DNA of 64,000 nucleotides from Squalus acanthias (lineage: Eukaryota). The notes below the pieces were generated by a model. That model saw only the letters and a list, made by a program, of their open reading frames with translations. It had not been told where the DNA came from and did not search any database. Below are positions 25,596 to 38,465 of the stretch, in pieces. Both the position numbers and the translations under genes were made by a program. The DNA lies in the NCBI GenBank assembly GCA_030390025.1, contig CM059432.1:77812001-77876000 (forward strand). Direction: 5' to 3'. Position 1 is the stretch's first letter. Every line of letters starts with the position of its first letter.

Positions 25596-28500
25596 TACAT
25601 CCACTGGTTCCCCTTCATCAACCCTGCTAGTTACATCCTCAAAAAACTCTTAAGAAATTTGTTAAACACTATTTCTCTTTCGCAAAACCATGTTGACGCT
25701 GCCTAATCATATTATGATTTTCTAAGTGCCCTGTTACCACTTCCTTGATAATCGATTCCAGCATTTTCCTAACGACTGATGTCAGGCTAACTGGCCTGTA
25801 GTTCCGTTTTCTCTCTCCCTCTTCTTGAATAGCGTGGTTACATTTGCTACAGTCCAATCCACTGGGATCGTTCTAAGATCCTAGGGAATTTTGGAAGATC
25901 ACAACCTTTGCATCCATTACCTCTGCAGCCACTTCTTTTAAAACCTTAGGATATAGGCCATCAGGTCCAGGGGATTTGTCTGCGTTTAGTCCCATTAGTT
26001 TCTCAATTACTTTTTCTCTACTGATCTCAATTACTTTAAGTTCCTCACTCTCAGTAGCCCCTTGGTTCCCCACTATTTTTGGTATGCTTTTTGTGTCTTC
26101 TACTGTGAAGACAGGTACAAAATATTTGTTTAAAGGCTCTGCCATTTCCTTATTCCCCATTATAATTTCTCCTGTCTCAGCCTCTAAGGGACCAACGCTT
26201 ACTTTTGCTACTCTCTTCCTTTTTACATACTTGTAGAAGCTCTTACAATCTGTTTTTATAGTTCTTTCTAGTTTACGCTCATTTTATTTTTCTCCCTTTT
26301 TATCAATTTGTTCGTCATCCTTTGCTGGTTTCTAAAGCTCTCCAATTACTCATGCTTACTAATATTCTTCGCAACATTATAAGCCTCCTCTTTTAATCTA
26401 ATACTATCCTTAACTTCTTTAGTTAGCCACGGATGGATAATTTTTCCCATGGAGTTTTTATTTCTCAATGGAATGTATGTTCGTTGAGAATTTTGGAATT
26501 TTTCTTTAAATGTTTGCCACTGCTTATCTACGGTCATACCTTTTAATCTAATTTCCCAATCTACCTTAGCCAACTTGCCCCTCATACCTATGTAATTGGC
26601 TTTATTTACGTTTAAGACTCTAGTTGTGGACTTAAGTATGTCACTCTCCAAATCAATGCGAAATTCTATCATATTATGATCACTCTTCCCCAGAGGATCC
26701 TTTACTATGAGATTACTAATTAACGTTGTTTCATTACACAATGCAAGATCGGAGATAGCCAGTTCCCTGGTCGGTTCCTCGATGAATTGTTCTAGGAAAC
26801 GGTCTCGAATGCATTTCATGAACTCGTCTTCCAGACTACCTTTGCCAATTTGATTTGTCCAATCTGTATGAAGATTAAAGTCCCCCACGATCACTGCATT
26901 ACCTTTGTTACAAACTCCTATTATTTCTTGATTAATTCTCTGTCCAACGGTATAGCTGCTGTTAGGGGGCCTATAAACTACTCCCATTCGTTTTTTCTGC
27001 CCCTTGTTATTTCTTATCTCCACCCATACCAATTCTACTTCATGAAATTCCAAGCCAAGATCCTGTCTCACTACTGTCCTTATGCCATCCTTTGTTATCA
27101 GGGCTACCCACCCCCTCCTTTATTATTCTGCCGGTCTTTTCGAATTGTCAAATATCCTGGAATATTTAGTTCCCAACCTTGGTAACCTCGCAACCACATC
27201 TCTGTAATGGCTATTAGACCAAACCCATTTATCGCTATTTGTGCCACTAATTCATCTATCTTGTTACGAATGCTTTGTGCATTCAGATAACAAGCCTTTA
27301 ATTTTAACTTTTTAACCATTAATACCTGCTTTCACCTTATTCGCTGATGCACTATTACCGTTAAACTCTGTCCCTTCCTGTCACACTCTGCTTATCTTTA
27401 CCCAAATTGCTACACGGCTCCATTGCCTTGACTTTTCTCTTCAGATTTCTATATTTCCGCTCACCAGATCCCTTCCCCCCCCACTTTTTAGTTTAAAGCC
27501 CCATCTACAACCCTAGTTATTCGATTCGCCAAGACTCTGGTTCCAGCCCTGTTTAAGTGGAGCCCGTCCCAACGGAACAGCTCCCTCTTTCCCAATACTG
27601 GTGCCAGTGCCCCATGAATCGAAACCCTTTCCTCCCACACCACTCTTTGAGCCATGCATTTAACTCTCTGATCTGCTTGTCCCTATGCCAATTTGCATGT
27701 GGCTCAGGTAACAATCCAGAGATTACTACCTTTGAGGTTCTGTGTTTTAATTTGGACACTGGCTCCTCAAACTTTCTCGCAGAACCTCATTCCTTGTTCT
27801 ACGTATGTGATTGGTTTCTACGTGGAACATGACAACTGGATCCTCCCACTCCAAATTCTTCTTCAGCTGCGAGGAGGTATCTTTAACCCAGGCAACACAG
27901 CCTTCGGAACTCCCGGTTGCGGCTGCAGAGAACAGTATCTATCCGCCTGACTACTACCGCTACAACATTCCTTTTCACTCCCTCCACTTGAATGGCCTCC
28001 TGTACCATGGTGCCGTGGTCAGTTTGCTCATCCACCCTGCAGACTTTGTCCTCATGCATATAGACAGCAAGAACCTCATACCTCTTGGATAAGGACAAAG
28101 GCTGAGACTCCTCCAGCACTGCACCTAGGGACGGTCCCCTTAACTACCTGACCACTAACCAGACCTATACCACTATCTAACCTAAGGGGTGTGACTGCCT
28201 CCTGGATCAAAGTGTCCAGGTAACTTTCCCCCTCCCTGATGCCCTGCAATGTCTGCACCTCTGACTCCAACTCAATAACTCTGAGCTGAAGTTTCTCTAG
28301 AGGCAGACACTTACTGAAGACATGGTCGTCCGGGATCACAATGCTCTCCACAAACTCCCACGTGCTGCAGTTGCGGCACACCACCTGCACTGCCATCCCT
28401 ATATAACCTTTTTTATTTGATTAATGACTTAAAGTTTGTGTATTTAATTAACACAGCTAATTTTTTTAAGTTTTTTAACTAATTACTTGGTCTAGTTTAA

Positions 28501-29753
28501 GTTAAATTGATATTTACCTGTAACTTACCCTGCCTCCTCCGCGTTTACTGTGTCGTCACTTTCTCAAATTCCCTCGGTGTTTCTTTTATGCGCTCTGCCG
28601 ATTCTGCTGCCGCTGTTTAAATCTCCTCAGGCCCCTCTCGTGGTGCTATGCTCTCTGCCCACATCCCTTTAAGACACTTTGTGACACTGGAGCCCAGCTG
28701 ACTATCCTTGCTCTCATGCAATACAAAAGGGCCACACCTCCCCTGGAGCAAGTTTTATTTTATCTGAAACAGATTAATTATTTTCACTTCCTGCAAGATC
28801 TAAGGGGCAACAAACTGGAGGTGCAATGTGTAAAGGTTGTTGAAGAATACAAGTAGGTAATTTCTCATTTTTCTTTATATTGCGCCTTCTGCACACCACT
28901 GGAGTTTAACCAAATAGCAACTGTGGACAAGTAGGAGGGTAGTCCCAACAGGGAAACAGAAATTCCTGCTGGCAGGAAAGACTTGACAAACCAGGTTTTA
29001 ACTGTGGCTGCTAAGCCCAAATAGTAGTGCTTGGTGAATGTATGTGGATTACTGCAGGGAGCTGCTTTGCTTGAGTTGTCAATCAACATCTGTTTCTGAG
29101 ATGTCTTCTTGGAATGAATAGAATTTGCTGACCCCAATGATAGTCAAGAGAGATGGTAAAAATGAAGAACACATTCTACAAGTCACTGTTTAGTGACAAG
29201 CTTACCAAACACCTTGTGAACATTAAAAATAAATAACTGATGTGATTGAAGGATGGGTTTGGTGGGGCTTAACCATATACAAGGGCTAGAAATTGGGCTC
29301 CTTGGCACCTCCCGTTATTGCCTCCGGGGGCGCTAACGGGGCTTGCGACCAAGCACGGCGATATCAACGCCTCCCGCTAAATTCGGCAGGGGTTTTGCGG
29401 CGGCGGTAAGATGTTGTGCCCCGATCTCCTGCGCCCGGAGATCGTGACGTCATTGCCGTGCGCAGCGCCCCAGATGAAAAATTCCCTCTCGCCCCCTGCT
29501 TGTGCGCCTGCCGTTAACAACGACAGGTAGAGGAGGCGGCTTTCAGTTGGATGTCCCCTGGAGGAGCGCTATTTAAAGGCATCCACTTCCGGTGTAGTTT
29601 TCGTCGGCCAACAATGCTGCATTGTTAATTTCACACAGGCAAAGAGGCCTTTGACCGATTTGCACGTTTTGCATTTCAACGAGTGTTCTGGTACATAAAG
29701 ATTATTGAGTTTCATTGAGGGGTGATTTGAAAGTGCAATATTTGTATCCTTTC

Positions 29754-30850
29754 ATGGGGGCTGTACTGGCACTGGACCTCGCCCTCCAACATCAACGTCG
29801 GAGGCAACTGAAGCACAGAGAAAGAGTGCAAAATGTGGCCAGAGGTAGGAGGGTCAACAGGACTCTCAACAGGAGGCCTTACCCACCCCCAGGGTATTCC
29901 GGCAGCAGTTCTCCTACATGCATTTCACTGAGGACCAGTGTGTTTGAAGGTTCTACTTCAGCAAGGACATGGTCACAGAGCTCTGCCACCTCCTGCAGCC
30001 AGACCTCGAGCCTGAGATCAGGACCACCATGGCTCTCAGTGGCAGTCAAGGTCATCGTCGCCCTCAATTTCTACGCCAGCGGATCATTCCAGTGTGTTAC
30101 AGGCGACATCTCCGACATCTCCCAGTTTGCCGTCCATTGGTCCATCCGCCAGGTCACAGATGCTCTGCACAGAAGGAGAAGGGACTACATTTCCTTCCCC
30201 ATGGCCAGAGAGAAGCAGCGCGAGCACCATGTGGCTTTGCCAGGATAGCAGGCTTTCCCATGGTGCAGGGCGCCATTGACTACACCTACGTCGCTTTGCG
30301 GACACCTCATAACAATCTTGAGGTATTCCGCAACAGCAAAGGCTCCGACTCACTTAATGTGCAGTTGGTGTGCGACCACACACGGCGAATCCTGACAGTC
30401 AATGCCTGCTATCCTGGCAGCAGCCATGATGCCTTCATCCTGTGCCAGACCGGGTGTGCCAGACCTGTTCCAGCCACATGAAGCTTGGCTGCTGGAGACA
30501 AGGGCTATCCGCTCTCCACCTAGCTCATGACTCCCCTCCGCAACCCCAACACTCGTGCCCAGCACATCATTGAGCAGACCATCGGAGTGCTCAAGCAACG
30601 GATCCGCTGCCTTGACCGCTCGGGAGGAGCCCTCCAGTACTTGGCTGAGCGGGTGTCACTTTTCGTCGTTGTCTGCTGCATGCTGCAAAACTTGGCCATT
30701 ATGAGGGCGCAGCTATTGCCACCAGGTATAGCCGCACCACCTCAGGAGCAGGAGGAGGAGGACGAACAGCAGCGACGGAGGAGGCAGCCACTCAATCGGC
30801 GTTCTGCAAGGTCGGTCCGTGGCCGCCTCATCAGACTTCATTTCCAGTGA
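29754..30850 (+). pseudogene. Harbinger (HARBI1-like) DDE transposase pseudogene
   Basis: ALNFYASGSFQ, GFPMVQGAIDYTYV, SLNVQLVCD, YPGSSHDAFIL, HIIEQTIGVLKQRIRCL; several frameshifts and stops. Confidence 0.93.
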
Positions 30851-31009
30851 CTTCGAGTCCTCGTTCCGGTTGTTGAGCATGTTGGCATCATTCCATCACT
30901 TTGTGATTCCAAACCACATCCCAGAACTGAAATGAGACACAGCACCAAATCTGCAACATTCCAGTAATAAATTTATCAAAAACCATTAACCACATATATA
31001 CAATATTGA

Positions 31010-34000
31010 CTAATCACCCTTGTGCAAACCCTTGCCTCCCCTCTTTACAGTTCCCTTTCCTAATCTAGTGCTCCTACGTAGTGTTTCCCCAGTGGCTGCA
31101 GCAGGGCTGGTGGAAGGTTGCTGAGTCAGTGCCAGAGACGACAGATGGCCTTGCAGGACACCCTCGACCAGCTCTGGGCCTGGAAGGCCCGGCTGCACAC
31201 TGCACCTCCTCAGGCTGGGTGGCAGCAGTCTGGGCTGGCTGGATGACAGACAGTGACAAGTGCAATGGCAGAGTGGCAGTGGTGAGATCAGGAATGCTGT
31301 CATCCTGAGAGGGGACAGCAGGTTCCTGCTCCACTGACCCACTCCCACGGGGCAGCACCTCAGCATCCCTACCAATCTGCTGGAGCACAGATTGCTGGCC
31401 TGCTGCGACACCGTGAGATCCCTGGTGGACTGTGGTGGACCCAGCGACGAATGCAACAGTCAGATCTTTCGTGGCATCAAGCTGAGACTGCATGAGAGCA
31501 GTCTGAGACTCGATGGCAGCAACCATTGACTGCATTACAGCACTAAGACGTTGCGTCACTTCCGCCTGTGCTGCAATGGAAGCTGCCACATCATCTGTGA
31601 CACGCGTCATGAGGTCTGGATCCGCACGGTCTCTCTGGGAGTCCACTATCCTCTGCACAGTGGAAAAGATGGGCTCCATGGTGTGCGCAGAGCTCTGTGC
31701 AATATCGGAGGCGGGCTCCTCCATTATCCTTACCAGGGAGACGTCGGTAGGGTTCTTAATGAATACTTTGCGTCTGTTTTCACAAAGGAGAGAGGTGAAG
31801 CAGACATTGCTATCAGGGAGGAGGAGTGTGAAATATTAGATGAAATAAACATAGTGAGAGAGGAAGTATTAAGGGGTTTAGCAGCTTTAAAAGTGGATAA
31901 ATCCCCAGGCCCGGATGAAATGTATCCCAGGCTGTTAAGCGAAGCAAAAGAGGAAATAGCAGAGGCCCTGACCATCATTTTCCAATCCTCTCAGGCTTCA
32001 GGTGTAGTGCCGGAGGACTGCTAATGTGGTACCCTTGCTGAAAAAGAGAGAAAAGGATAGGCCAAGTAATTACAGGCAGTCAGCCTAACCTCGGTGGTGG
32101 GAAAACTATTGGAAAGAATTCTGAAGGACAGGATAAATCTTCATTTAGAAAGACATGGATTAATCAAGGATAGTCAGCACGGATTTGTTAAGGGAAGGTC
32201 GTGTCTGACAAACTTGATTGAATTTTTTGAGGAGGTAACAAGGAGGGTAGATGAGGGTAGTGCTTTTGATAAGGTTCCACATGGCAGACTGGTCACGAAG
32301 TTAAAAGCCCATGGGATCCAGGGCAAAGTGTCAAGTTGGATTCAAAACTGGCTCGGAGACAGGAAGCAGAGGGTAATGGTTGATGGGTGTTTTTGTGACT
32401 GGAGGGCTGTTTCCAGTGGGGTTCCGCAGGGCTCAGTACTAGGTCCCTTGCTTTTTGTGGTATATATCAACGATCTTGACTTGAATGTAGGGGGTATGAT
32501 TAAGAAGTTTGCTAAAATCGGCTGTGTGGTTGATACTGAAGAAGGAAGCTGTAGACTGCAGGAAGATATCAATAAATTGGTCAGGTGGGCAGAACAGTGG
32601 CAAATGGAATTCAATCCGGAGAAGTGTGAGGTAATGCATTTGGGGAGGGCTAACAAGGAACGGGAATGCACATTAAATGGTAGGACACTGAGTAGTGTAG
32701 AGGAACAAAGGGACCTTGGAGTGCATGTCCACAGATCCCTGAAGGTAGCAGGCCAGGTAGACAAGGTGGTTAAGAAGGTATACGGAATGCTTGCCTTTAT
32801 TAGCCGTGGCATAGAATACAAGAGCAGGGGGGTTATGCTTCAACTGTATAAAACACTAGTTAGGCCTCAGCTAGAGTACTGCGTGCAGTTCTGGTCACCA
32901 CATTACAGAAAAGATGTGATTGCACTCGAGAGGGTACAGAGGAGATTTACAAGGATGTTGCTGGGAGTAGAGAATCTTAGCTATGAGGCTGGGTTTGTTT
33001 TCCTTAGAGCAGAGGAGGCTGAGGGGAGACCTTATTGAGGTGTATAAAATTATGAGGGGCCTAGATAAAGTGGATAGAAAGGACCTATTTCCCTTAGCAG
33101 AGAGGTCAAAAACCAGGGGGCACAGATTTAAAGTAATTGGTGGAAGGTTTAGAGGGAATTTGAGGGGAAATTTCTTCACCCAGAGGGTTGTGGGGGTCTG
33201 GAACTCACTGCCTGAAAGGGTGGTAGAGGCAGAAACCCTAAGCACATTTTAAATGTACTTGGATATGCACTTGGGATGCTGTAACCTGCAGGGCTACGGA
33301 CCAAGAGCTGGGAAGTGGGATTAGGCTGGATAGCTTTTTGTTGGCCGGCGTGGACTCGATGGGCCGAAATGGCTTCCTTCCGTGCTGTAACTTTCTATGA
33401 TTCATTGCTGAGGCGCTCTCGGGCACCCTTGCCACTGCACCTATCATCTCAGTGTGCATACCCATCACCCTTCTTGTGAACACCTCAACTTCGAGGTCCT
33501 CATCCGAGTCCTGTGCAGCAGAACTCACGCGCGCGAACTCGCCCTCCGGGGAGCTGCCTCCCGCGCTACCCTTTCCCCCTGGCCTTGCTGCAGCCCGCTC
33601 GTCCCAGTGCAGACCCCTCTACTAAAGTTGCCTCTAAAGATCATGTAGTGCCAGTATCTGAAGTGGTGCCTGCGGGTGAGAGATGCAGTGACGCGATGCT
33701 TTGCTCCTCCTCCTCTTTTCCTTCCTCACTCTCATCTCAGGGATAGGCTGGTCATCTGGTTGCTGATTATCTGAAAGCTTAAAGGCACAACACTCGCATT
33801 AAGGTGAGGGCAGGGGGGCAGGAATGGAGCAAGGAGGAGGTGGAAAGTGAGAAAGGTTTATGATGTGAGGGGGAAGTGGGATGAGAGGAGAGGGGCTGAA
33901 GATACCGTTTTTGCCCCCAACGGGTCGACGTCGCCGACGGCCACGGCACCCACCACCTGCTGCCCAATGAGTCGCAGCACTCGCTCCTCAATGAGTCGCA

Positions 34001-34562
34001 GCACTCGCTCCTCAAGGTCTGAGAGCTGCTGGAGCTGCACATCACCCCCGCCTGTTCTCTGCTGCTCCCTCCTATTGTGGGCCATCTGGCTTGCAAGAGA
34101 AACAAATGTGAGTGAGTCAGAGTCCAGCTATGTGTTTGGGAGATATGTCTGCCGTCGTTGAATAGCTGTGATTGGAGGCAAGGCGCGAGATGTGGATGTG
34201 AGTTTGAGTAGGTGAAGATGTTTGGTGGGTGACTGGTGGCGGTGTGGTTCTTTGCGCAGTGTGCACAGACTGAGGTTCAGATGCTGGTATGTAGGAATTG
34301 GTATGTTGAAGCATGTACTCACCTTGACCACCCAACTGAGGTCGTTGAATTTCTTGCGGCACTGTGTCAGGCTGCGTTCCACCACACTACTGGCCAAGAC
34401 CTCCTGGGACACTTCCCTCCACATTGCCCTGAACACCTGAGGCGATGGCCTCCTTCCAGTGGCCGGGAACAGCACTGCCCTCCTTCACTCCACTCCAGCC
34501 ACCAATGCCACGTCTGTGAACCGACGAGCTCTCTCCCTGGGAGTGGGAACAGCCATAGCCAT
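31010..34562 (-). pseudogene. Harbinger Myb/SANT-like DNA-binding gene, spliced (exons ~34323-34562, ~33906-34090, ~31010-33770)
   Basis: RERARRFTD..(TGA)..LFPATGRRP..WREVSQEV..RSLTQCRKKFNDL|GTGAGT; AHNRREQQRTGGG; ends HKGD*; CR1 inserted in the last exon. Confidence 0.85.
31737..33403 (+). mobile_element. 5'-truncated CR1 nested in the Harbinger Myb gene
   Basis: 314-aa RT ORF 32094-33038; tail ttctatgattc. Confidence 0.95.
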
Positions 34563-36114
34563 CAGAGGATTCACTTACTCGCAGGTTGCTCAAAACCAGC
34601 AATGCTAAAAATCAGCATCTGCACAATGATGCAACCTCCCCTTTAAGTGCTGGAAGGAACCAATGTCAAGGATCATTGCTGAACGCATTGCACCTGAAAT
34701 TCATTAGCGCTCTGCTGGTAGTGCCCCATTAAGCTCATTAGCGCTTGATTTAGCTCCCCACTTCCTTCCTGGGGCACTCACACCCAATTTTTTTAGAAGT
34801 TCAGAATCCTTAGCACCTGGCACTAAATTTTCAAAATTTCAAAAGTTAGCGCCCCAAACGGGGCGATACCCAATTTCACCCCCCAAAAGCCTGACCGATA
34901 TCTACAAAGTGCCATTTCAGTGCTGAGTTGTGTGGAGCAGGATAAAAGCAAGAGATCACAATTTCCAGAGCTAAATGAAAATGGAATATGTCTTTACCAG
35001 GAAACACTAGTGTGCCCAAAATACAAAAGCAGTCATGCAAGGCTGCTTGATGACCAGAGCCTTAATCTCACAAAACCCACAAATTTCACAGCACAGGTAT
35101 GAAGAGGTTCAAAAGGAGGGTACATTGATTTGTGGAAGTCCAATTTAGTACAAGAGGAGACTTAACTGTGTTTAGTTTATAGACCATCTTCAAATTTGGA
35201 AAAAGAAGAATGTTCTTCTAACAAACCAAATGCAAGAGGGTTATGAAAGGCTGAGTTACCAATCATATGAACATGGATGAAGCTGGGTATCTGTCATAGG
35301 TCAACAAAATGTTGCAAGAATAAATGTTGCATCACAGGACAGAGAACCAGCATTGCACAAATGTCTTCTATTTTAGGTTGGTTGGTGACTTTGAGAAGCC
35401 AGAACATGTCCACCACTGTTGGTGTTATACCTGATTGCTGAAAGACCAGTGGACAGTCTTTGTCACAGCCACAAGCTGGAACTCTGAAAGCAGTGATTAG
35501 TAGTGAATGGTTGTTTCTCAGACTGGAGAGAAGTACACAGTGGTATACCCCAGGGTTCAGTATTAGGACCACTGCTCTTTTTGATATAGATTAATGACTG
35601 ACTTGGGTATAGGGCATAATTTAAAAGTTTTCTGATGACACAAAACTTGGAAATGTAGCAAAAAGTGGAGGATAGCAAGCGGACTTCAGGAGGAGGTAGA
35701 CAGATTGGCAAAATGGGGAGACATATGGCAGATGAAATTTAAGCAAGGAGGTGTGAAGTAATGCATTTTGGAATGAAGAATCAGGAAAGACAATATAAAC
35801 TAAATAGTAAAATTTCAAAGGGGACACAGGCACAGAGACACCTGGGGTTTACATGCACAAATCTTTGAAGGTGGCAGGACAAGTTGATCCAGCTGTAAAA
35901 AAAAGCATACAAGATCCTTGGCTTTATAAACCGAGGCAGTGGCCTAGAAATTGGACACTGCTAAAAAAAAACGGGCACGTGAACTTAGTGCTGCCTGCTA
36001 ATTATATTGCTGAATGCGTTGCTGGCAGGCTGGGCACTCAGCAGGGGGCCGAAGTTCACGTTGTTTGAGCGAGGCTATATTTACTTAGCTAGCCTGCTCC
36101 TCTTAAAAGGTGAG

Positions 36115-38465
36115 AACCGTTCTAGAATATATGGAATTTTGGAAAATGACAACCAATGCATCCACCAGCTCTATAGCCACCACTTTCAAAACCCTAGGAT
36201 ATAGGCCATCAGGTCCATGGGATTTATCGGCTTTCAGTCCCATCAATTTCTCCAGTACTATATTTTTACTAATCTCTTTCAGTTCCTCATTCTCGCTAGA
36301 CCCTTGGTTCTCCACTATTTCCAGGAAGTTTTTTGCGTCTTCTTCCATGAAGACAGACACAAAGTATTTGTTTAATTTCTCTGCCGTTTCCTTATTCCCC
36401 ATTATTGGCCCAGAAATTGATCTCGCTCTGTTCCCGCGGGGGTAAGCCTTCCCCGCGATGTCTCACCTCGCTTATGCTTTTTCTGATCCAGCTCGCACGA
36501 ACTTGATGTTCCAGACATCAGCTGTGCTGGGCTTGCGTATCCCAGCGGCGCAGTTAATTCGTGCGAGCTGTGGGATCACGTGACTCAGTTAGAGCCAATG
36601 GCAGCACACCATCTTCCATTCATAAGTCTCACAGCATGGCTGTGAGACTTATGAATCTTACACCCCCCCAAAATAACAGCTAAACCTCAATTAAATTTAA
36701 AAAAAAACCATCACATTAATAAAATAAGTATAGTTAATTAAATTAACCATTTTAAATAAAAAATTAAATTTTTGAAAAAATTTAAAATCTTTTAAAAAGT
36801 TATAAAAATAAACTTACCTGTCTTTAAAGTCTATAAAAAAGATATACCTGTAAAAAAAAATTCAAAAAAATACTTAATTCACTACTTACCTTCTTAAAAG
36901 CGGGTCTTACTCCTCCTTTTTACATTTCCAAAATCTTCCGTACTTACCTGCGCGTCCAAAGCATGAAGTGCACAGCGTGCGCGCAGCCTGTAGCGCGCAC
37001 GCGATGCACTCAGGCCCCGCCCCCTTTTCAGAAGAGCAATTGCCGGTTTTCAGCGCATGCGCAGGGCATGCAGAAAACCGGCAATTGGAGTGGGAATACG
37101 CGAGAGTATGCAGTGCGTACTCTCGCGCACCGGGATCAATTTTCGGCCCATAATTTCGCCTGTCTCAGCCTGTAAGGGACCTACATTTACTTTCGCTAAT
37201 CTTTTCCTTTTTATAGAAGCTTTTACAGTCTGTTTTTATGTCTCTCGCTAGTTTACCCTCATATTCTATTTTCCCTTTCTTTATCAATTTCTTGGTCCTC
37301 CTTTGCTGAATTCTAAAATCCTCCCAATCCTCAGGCTTACTACTCTTTTTGGCAACATTATAAGCCTCTTCCTTTGATCTAATTCTATCTTTAACTTCTC
37401 TTGTTAGCCACGGTTGGACTACTTTTCCTGAGGGGTTTTTGTGCCTTAAAGGAATGTATATTTGTTGTAAATTATGTATTAATTCTTTAAATGCTAGCCA
37501 TTGCTTGTCTACCGTCATACCTTTTAATGTAGTTTGCCAATCTACCTTATCCAACTCGCCCCTCATACCTACGTAGTTTGCTTTGTTTAAGTTTATGACC
37601 CTAGTTTCGGATTTAACTAAATGACTTTCAAACTCAATATAAAATTCTATCATATTATGGTCACTCTTCCCTAAAGGCCCCTTTACTACAAGGTTATTAA
37701 TTAACCCTTTCCCATTGCACAATACTAGATCTAAAATAGCCTGTTCTCTAGTTGGTTCCTCAACATACTGATCTAGAAAACTATCTTGCATACATTCCAT
37801 GAATTCGTCTTCCACGCTATTACTGCAAACTTGGTTTGCCCAGTCTATATGTAGATTAAAGTCCCCCATGATTACTGTGTTACCCTTGTTACATGCTGCT
37901 CTAATTTCCTGATTTATACTCTGCCCTACATTACAACTACTGTTTGGGGGTCTATAAACAACTCGCGCCAATGTTTTCTGCCTCTTGCTGTTTCTTAGCT
38001 CCACCCAAACTGATTCTACTTCTTGATTTTCGGAGCTAAGATCCTTTCTCTCTACTGTCTTTATCCCATCCTTTATCAGGACTACCCCTTCTCATTTTCC
38101 ATTTTGCCTATCTCTTCTAAAAGTTAAGTATCCTGAATATTTAGTTCCCAACCTTGGCCACATTGCAACCACGTCTCCGTAATGGCTATTAGATCAAAGC
38201 TATTCATTTCTATCTGCGCTATAAATTCATCTATTTTATTGCGAATGCTTCGCGCATTCAGATATAGTGCCTTTAGCTTTGACTTATTTCTATTTTTCCC
38301 TGATGTCACCTTAGTCACTGATGCCTTATTACCTTTGTTACTCTCTCTGTCCCTTCCTGACCCACTCTGCTTATTTTTTACCCAAAACTCTACTCTGCTC
38401 TAGAGCCTTGACATTTCTCTCGCTGCTTTTAAATTTACTCTTTCCTGAATCCTCCCACCCCCCCT
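36115..38465 (-). mobile_element. CR1 ORF2 fragment (APE) nested in Harbinger
   Basis: ORFs 37165-38004 and 36103-36402; homologous to 25860-27320. Confidence 0.92.
36407..37149. mobile_element. Harbinger-type MITE (743 bp), family A copy 1
   Basis: TIR GGCCCAGAAATTGATC / rc GGGCCGAAAATTGATC; TSD ATT/ATA; the empty site ccccattataatttc is present in the CR1 copy at 26155-26170. Confidence 0.92.

Larger units (their letters stand above)
24242..28640 (-). mobile_element. Long CR1 (5' UTR, ORF1 Zn-finger + esterase, ORF2) with internal RT deletion and Penelope insertion
   Basis: ORFs 28076-28396 (CRNC), 27553-27759, 26346-27071 (APE), 25873-26160; 3' tail at 24242. Confidence 0.92.
29283..34883. 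mobile_element. Formerly autonomous PIF/Harbinger transposon
   Basis: TIRs GGGCTAGAAATTGGG / rc GGGGGTGAAATTGGG; CAA TSD on both sides; convergent transposase and Myb/SANT genes. Confidence 0.92.

Noticed and set aside
29754..30850. Domesticated HARBI1 host gene
   Set aside because: Multiple frameshifts and stops, and it sits within TIRs and a TSD.
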